Shown here: piece after piece, positions 62,401 through 64,000 of the stretch
Layout: every line of letters begins with the position of its first letter
Numbering within the stretch: position 1 is the stretch's first letter
NCBI GenBank assembly: GCA_043228905.1
Contig: JBHGNT010000002.1
Location: forward strand, 24,118,001 to 24,182,000
From: Azolla caroliniana
Taxonomy: Eukaryota; Plantae; Polypodiophyta
DNA length: 64,000 bases
Direction of reading: 5' to 3'
The notes under the pieces: model-generated
Database searches by the model: none
What the model was told of the DNA's origin: nothing
What the model saw: the letters and a program-made list of their open reading frames with translations, nothing else
Program-made: the position numbers and the translations under genes

Positions 62401-64000
62401 GCCACGAGGATTCAACAATTAGAACGAAGGTCCGAAGATGTCGAGTTGGCAATAGAATGGTTGTGCCAAGCTCGATTGAAGAACAAGGAGAATTTTGATA
62501 GAAAGCATCGTCTTCGACAAAGAAAAATTGAAGAAGGAGATTGGGTTCTTGTCTATGATAGTAATCTCGATAATCAATATAGCACTACTCGAAAGTTTGC
62601 AAAACGATGTTTTGGCCCGTATATGGTCAAGAAAATAGAAAGCAATGCAACCTATTTTTTAGCGAAGTTAGATGGAACTCGACTTGCTTTGCCAATAGCA
62701 GGGAAGAGGATCAAGATCTTTAAGAGAAGAGAAGCCCCAAATCTTGAGATCAAAGATCTAGATGATGTATCCTCGAACATCGAGGTTGAAGAAGAGTAAT
62801 TAAAAAAGAGGAACCTCACCACAATTGGTACATACCGGTGGATGTGCAGGTTTGGTGGGGGTGAATGTCGTGTGGTTTTTCACACACGATATGAAAACTA
62901 GTAAAATAATTATTTACAGTTAGCTTAATATATGGATATGGAAAGATAGATGTGTTCAAGAGTTTCATAGAGTATTTTACTACGCATAAAACAGATAAAC
63001 AAGTATCAAGTTATGTGAGTGTGAAGTTTGAAGAAAAGAAAAGAAAAGACAAAACTGTGAGATATCCCACATAGATAGGACAACATTGGAACCCAGAATA
63101 TATAAGGGAAACCAAAACATATTCACTCTATCAATGTGTGGAGCATAGAATGTTCAAGGTGACTTGGGCTACATTATGTGGTCTGCACGCTTTAGGCATA
63201 CGCGCGTGTGCATGGCCGCATCGACGTTTTCGGACGTACGCGCGGACAGACGTCTTCGGATATACGCGCACGTGCAAGTTTTAGGCGTACGCGTGGACGT
63301 TTTGGACGGACGCGTGTGTGCGCACGCGTGGATGCGTACACTACTACGCTGTTGGGACTTTTGCGCGCGGACGCATCTACGGTTTGGTTGCAACGCACAT
63401 ACGAATTGCGCACGGGCTAAACTTTATGGATGAGTGTGTCATTTGGCCGAATTATACGGACAATCACATGCAACCAAAAGCCAAGGCCATGCAAGTAAAA
63501 ATAGAGGCCATCCAACTAAAAGTGGGCATGAAAAGTAACATTGGGGAGGAGGATCAACGAGGAGCTCGATATATGTCCCATTTTTTCCCTCCTAGTTTTT
63601 TTTTTCCCTTCTTTCTTCTTCCCTCTCGGATTCGAGAAACAAATTATCTCACATATTGATATCAAACTCCTGCAATGTTCACGACACCGGCAATGTTCCG
63701 TTCGGTGAAAGAGGTAAGCAAACATACATTAAAAATGTCTTGCATGTTCCCACCATCACGAAGAATTTGGTCTCGGTCAGCCAAATGGTTGAGCAAGGGA
63801 TGCAAGTACGATTCGACCAAGAAGGGTGCTTTATCGAAAAGGAAGGCCGAATCATCGCACGCGGAAGAAGAGAGAGCCGGATGTTTATTCTCGATTCACA
63901 CGAGATGAAATCCGCCATGTTCGCAAAAAGCACGAAAGCCGACTCCAACATAGAGCTATGGCATAAGCGAATCGGCCACATCAATCTCAACAAAATCAAA

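Larger units (their letters stand above)
55722..63686 (+). mobile_element. Full-length decayed Ty3/gypsy (Trp group) copy C, flanked by CCGG
   Basis: LTRs 55722-57160 and 62866-63686; PBS 57169-57186; gag-PR 57182-59366 and pol 59357-62799 with several stops and frameshifts; CCGG at 55718-55721 and 63687-63690. Confidence 0.93.
53981..64000 (+). mobile_element. Ty1/copia: 5' LTR 53981-54360, tRNA-iMet PBS, decayed gag-PR; split by the gypsy at 55722-63686
   Basis: TTACA-TGGTATCAGAG at 54356-54371; gag homologous to window start; NVLHVPTITKNLVSV...LWHKRIGH resumes after 63690. Confidence 0.92.

Overview
Eukaryotic, almost certainly non-seed land-plant DNA (bryophyte, lycophyte or fern; inferred from the TE lineages and a signal-peptide-type polyphenol oxidase). 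Most of the window is nested, mostly decayed transposons around one apparently intact intronless PPO gene (27727-29358, +) and an inverted PPO pseudogene (11777-13105, -). TE content: several Ty1/copia pieces; a Ty3/gypsy group with a tRNA-Trp PBS, 4-bp TSDs and a conserved -1 slippery site plus pseudoknot; a young non-chromovirus Ty3/gypsy element (42745-52597) with a ~1000-codon extra ORF; an older relative of it; a chromovirus remnant; and an RTE-X-like LINE tail. Two things stand out. (1) Two related gypsy families have no polypurine tract. In its place, 2 nt before the 3' LTR, they carry a copy of a tRNA-Arg 3' end (T-loop ... CCA) with a covarying inserted hairpin, suggesting tRNA-type plus-strand priming. 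(2) A Sola/DUF7869-like transposase gene sits head-to-head with a six-exon gene for a ParB-like domain fused to a bacterial-type beta-class amino (N6A/N4C) DNA methyltransferase; both are now pseudogenes. All coordinates and alignments were read by eye; family names come from recalled motifs, not database searches.
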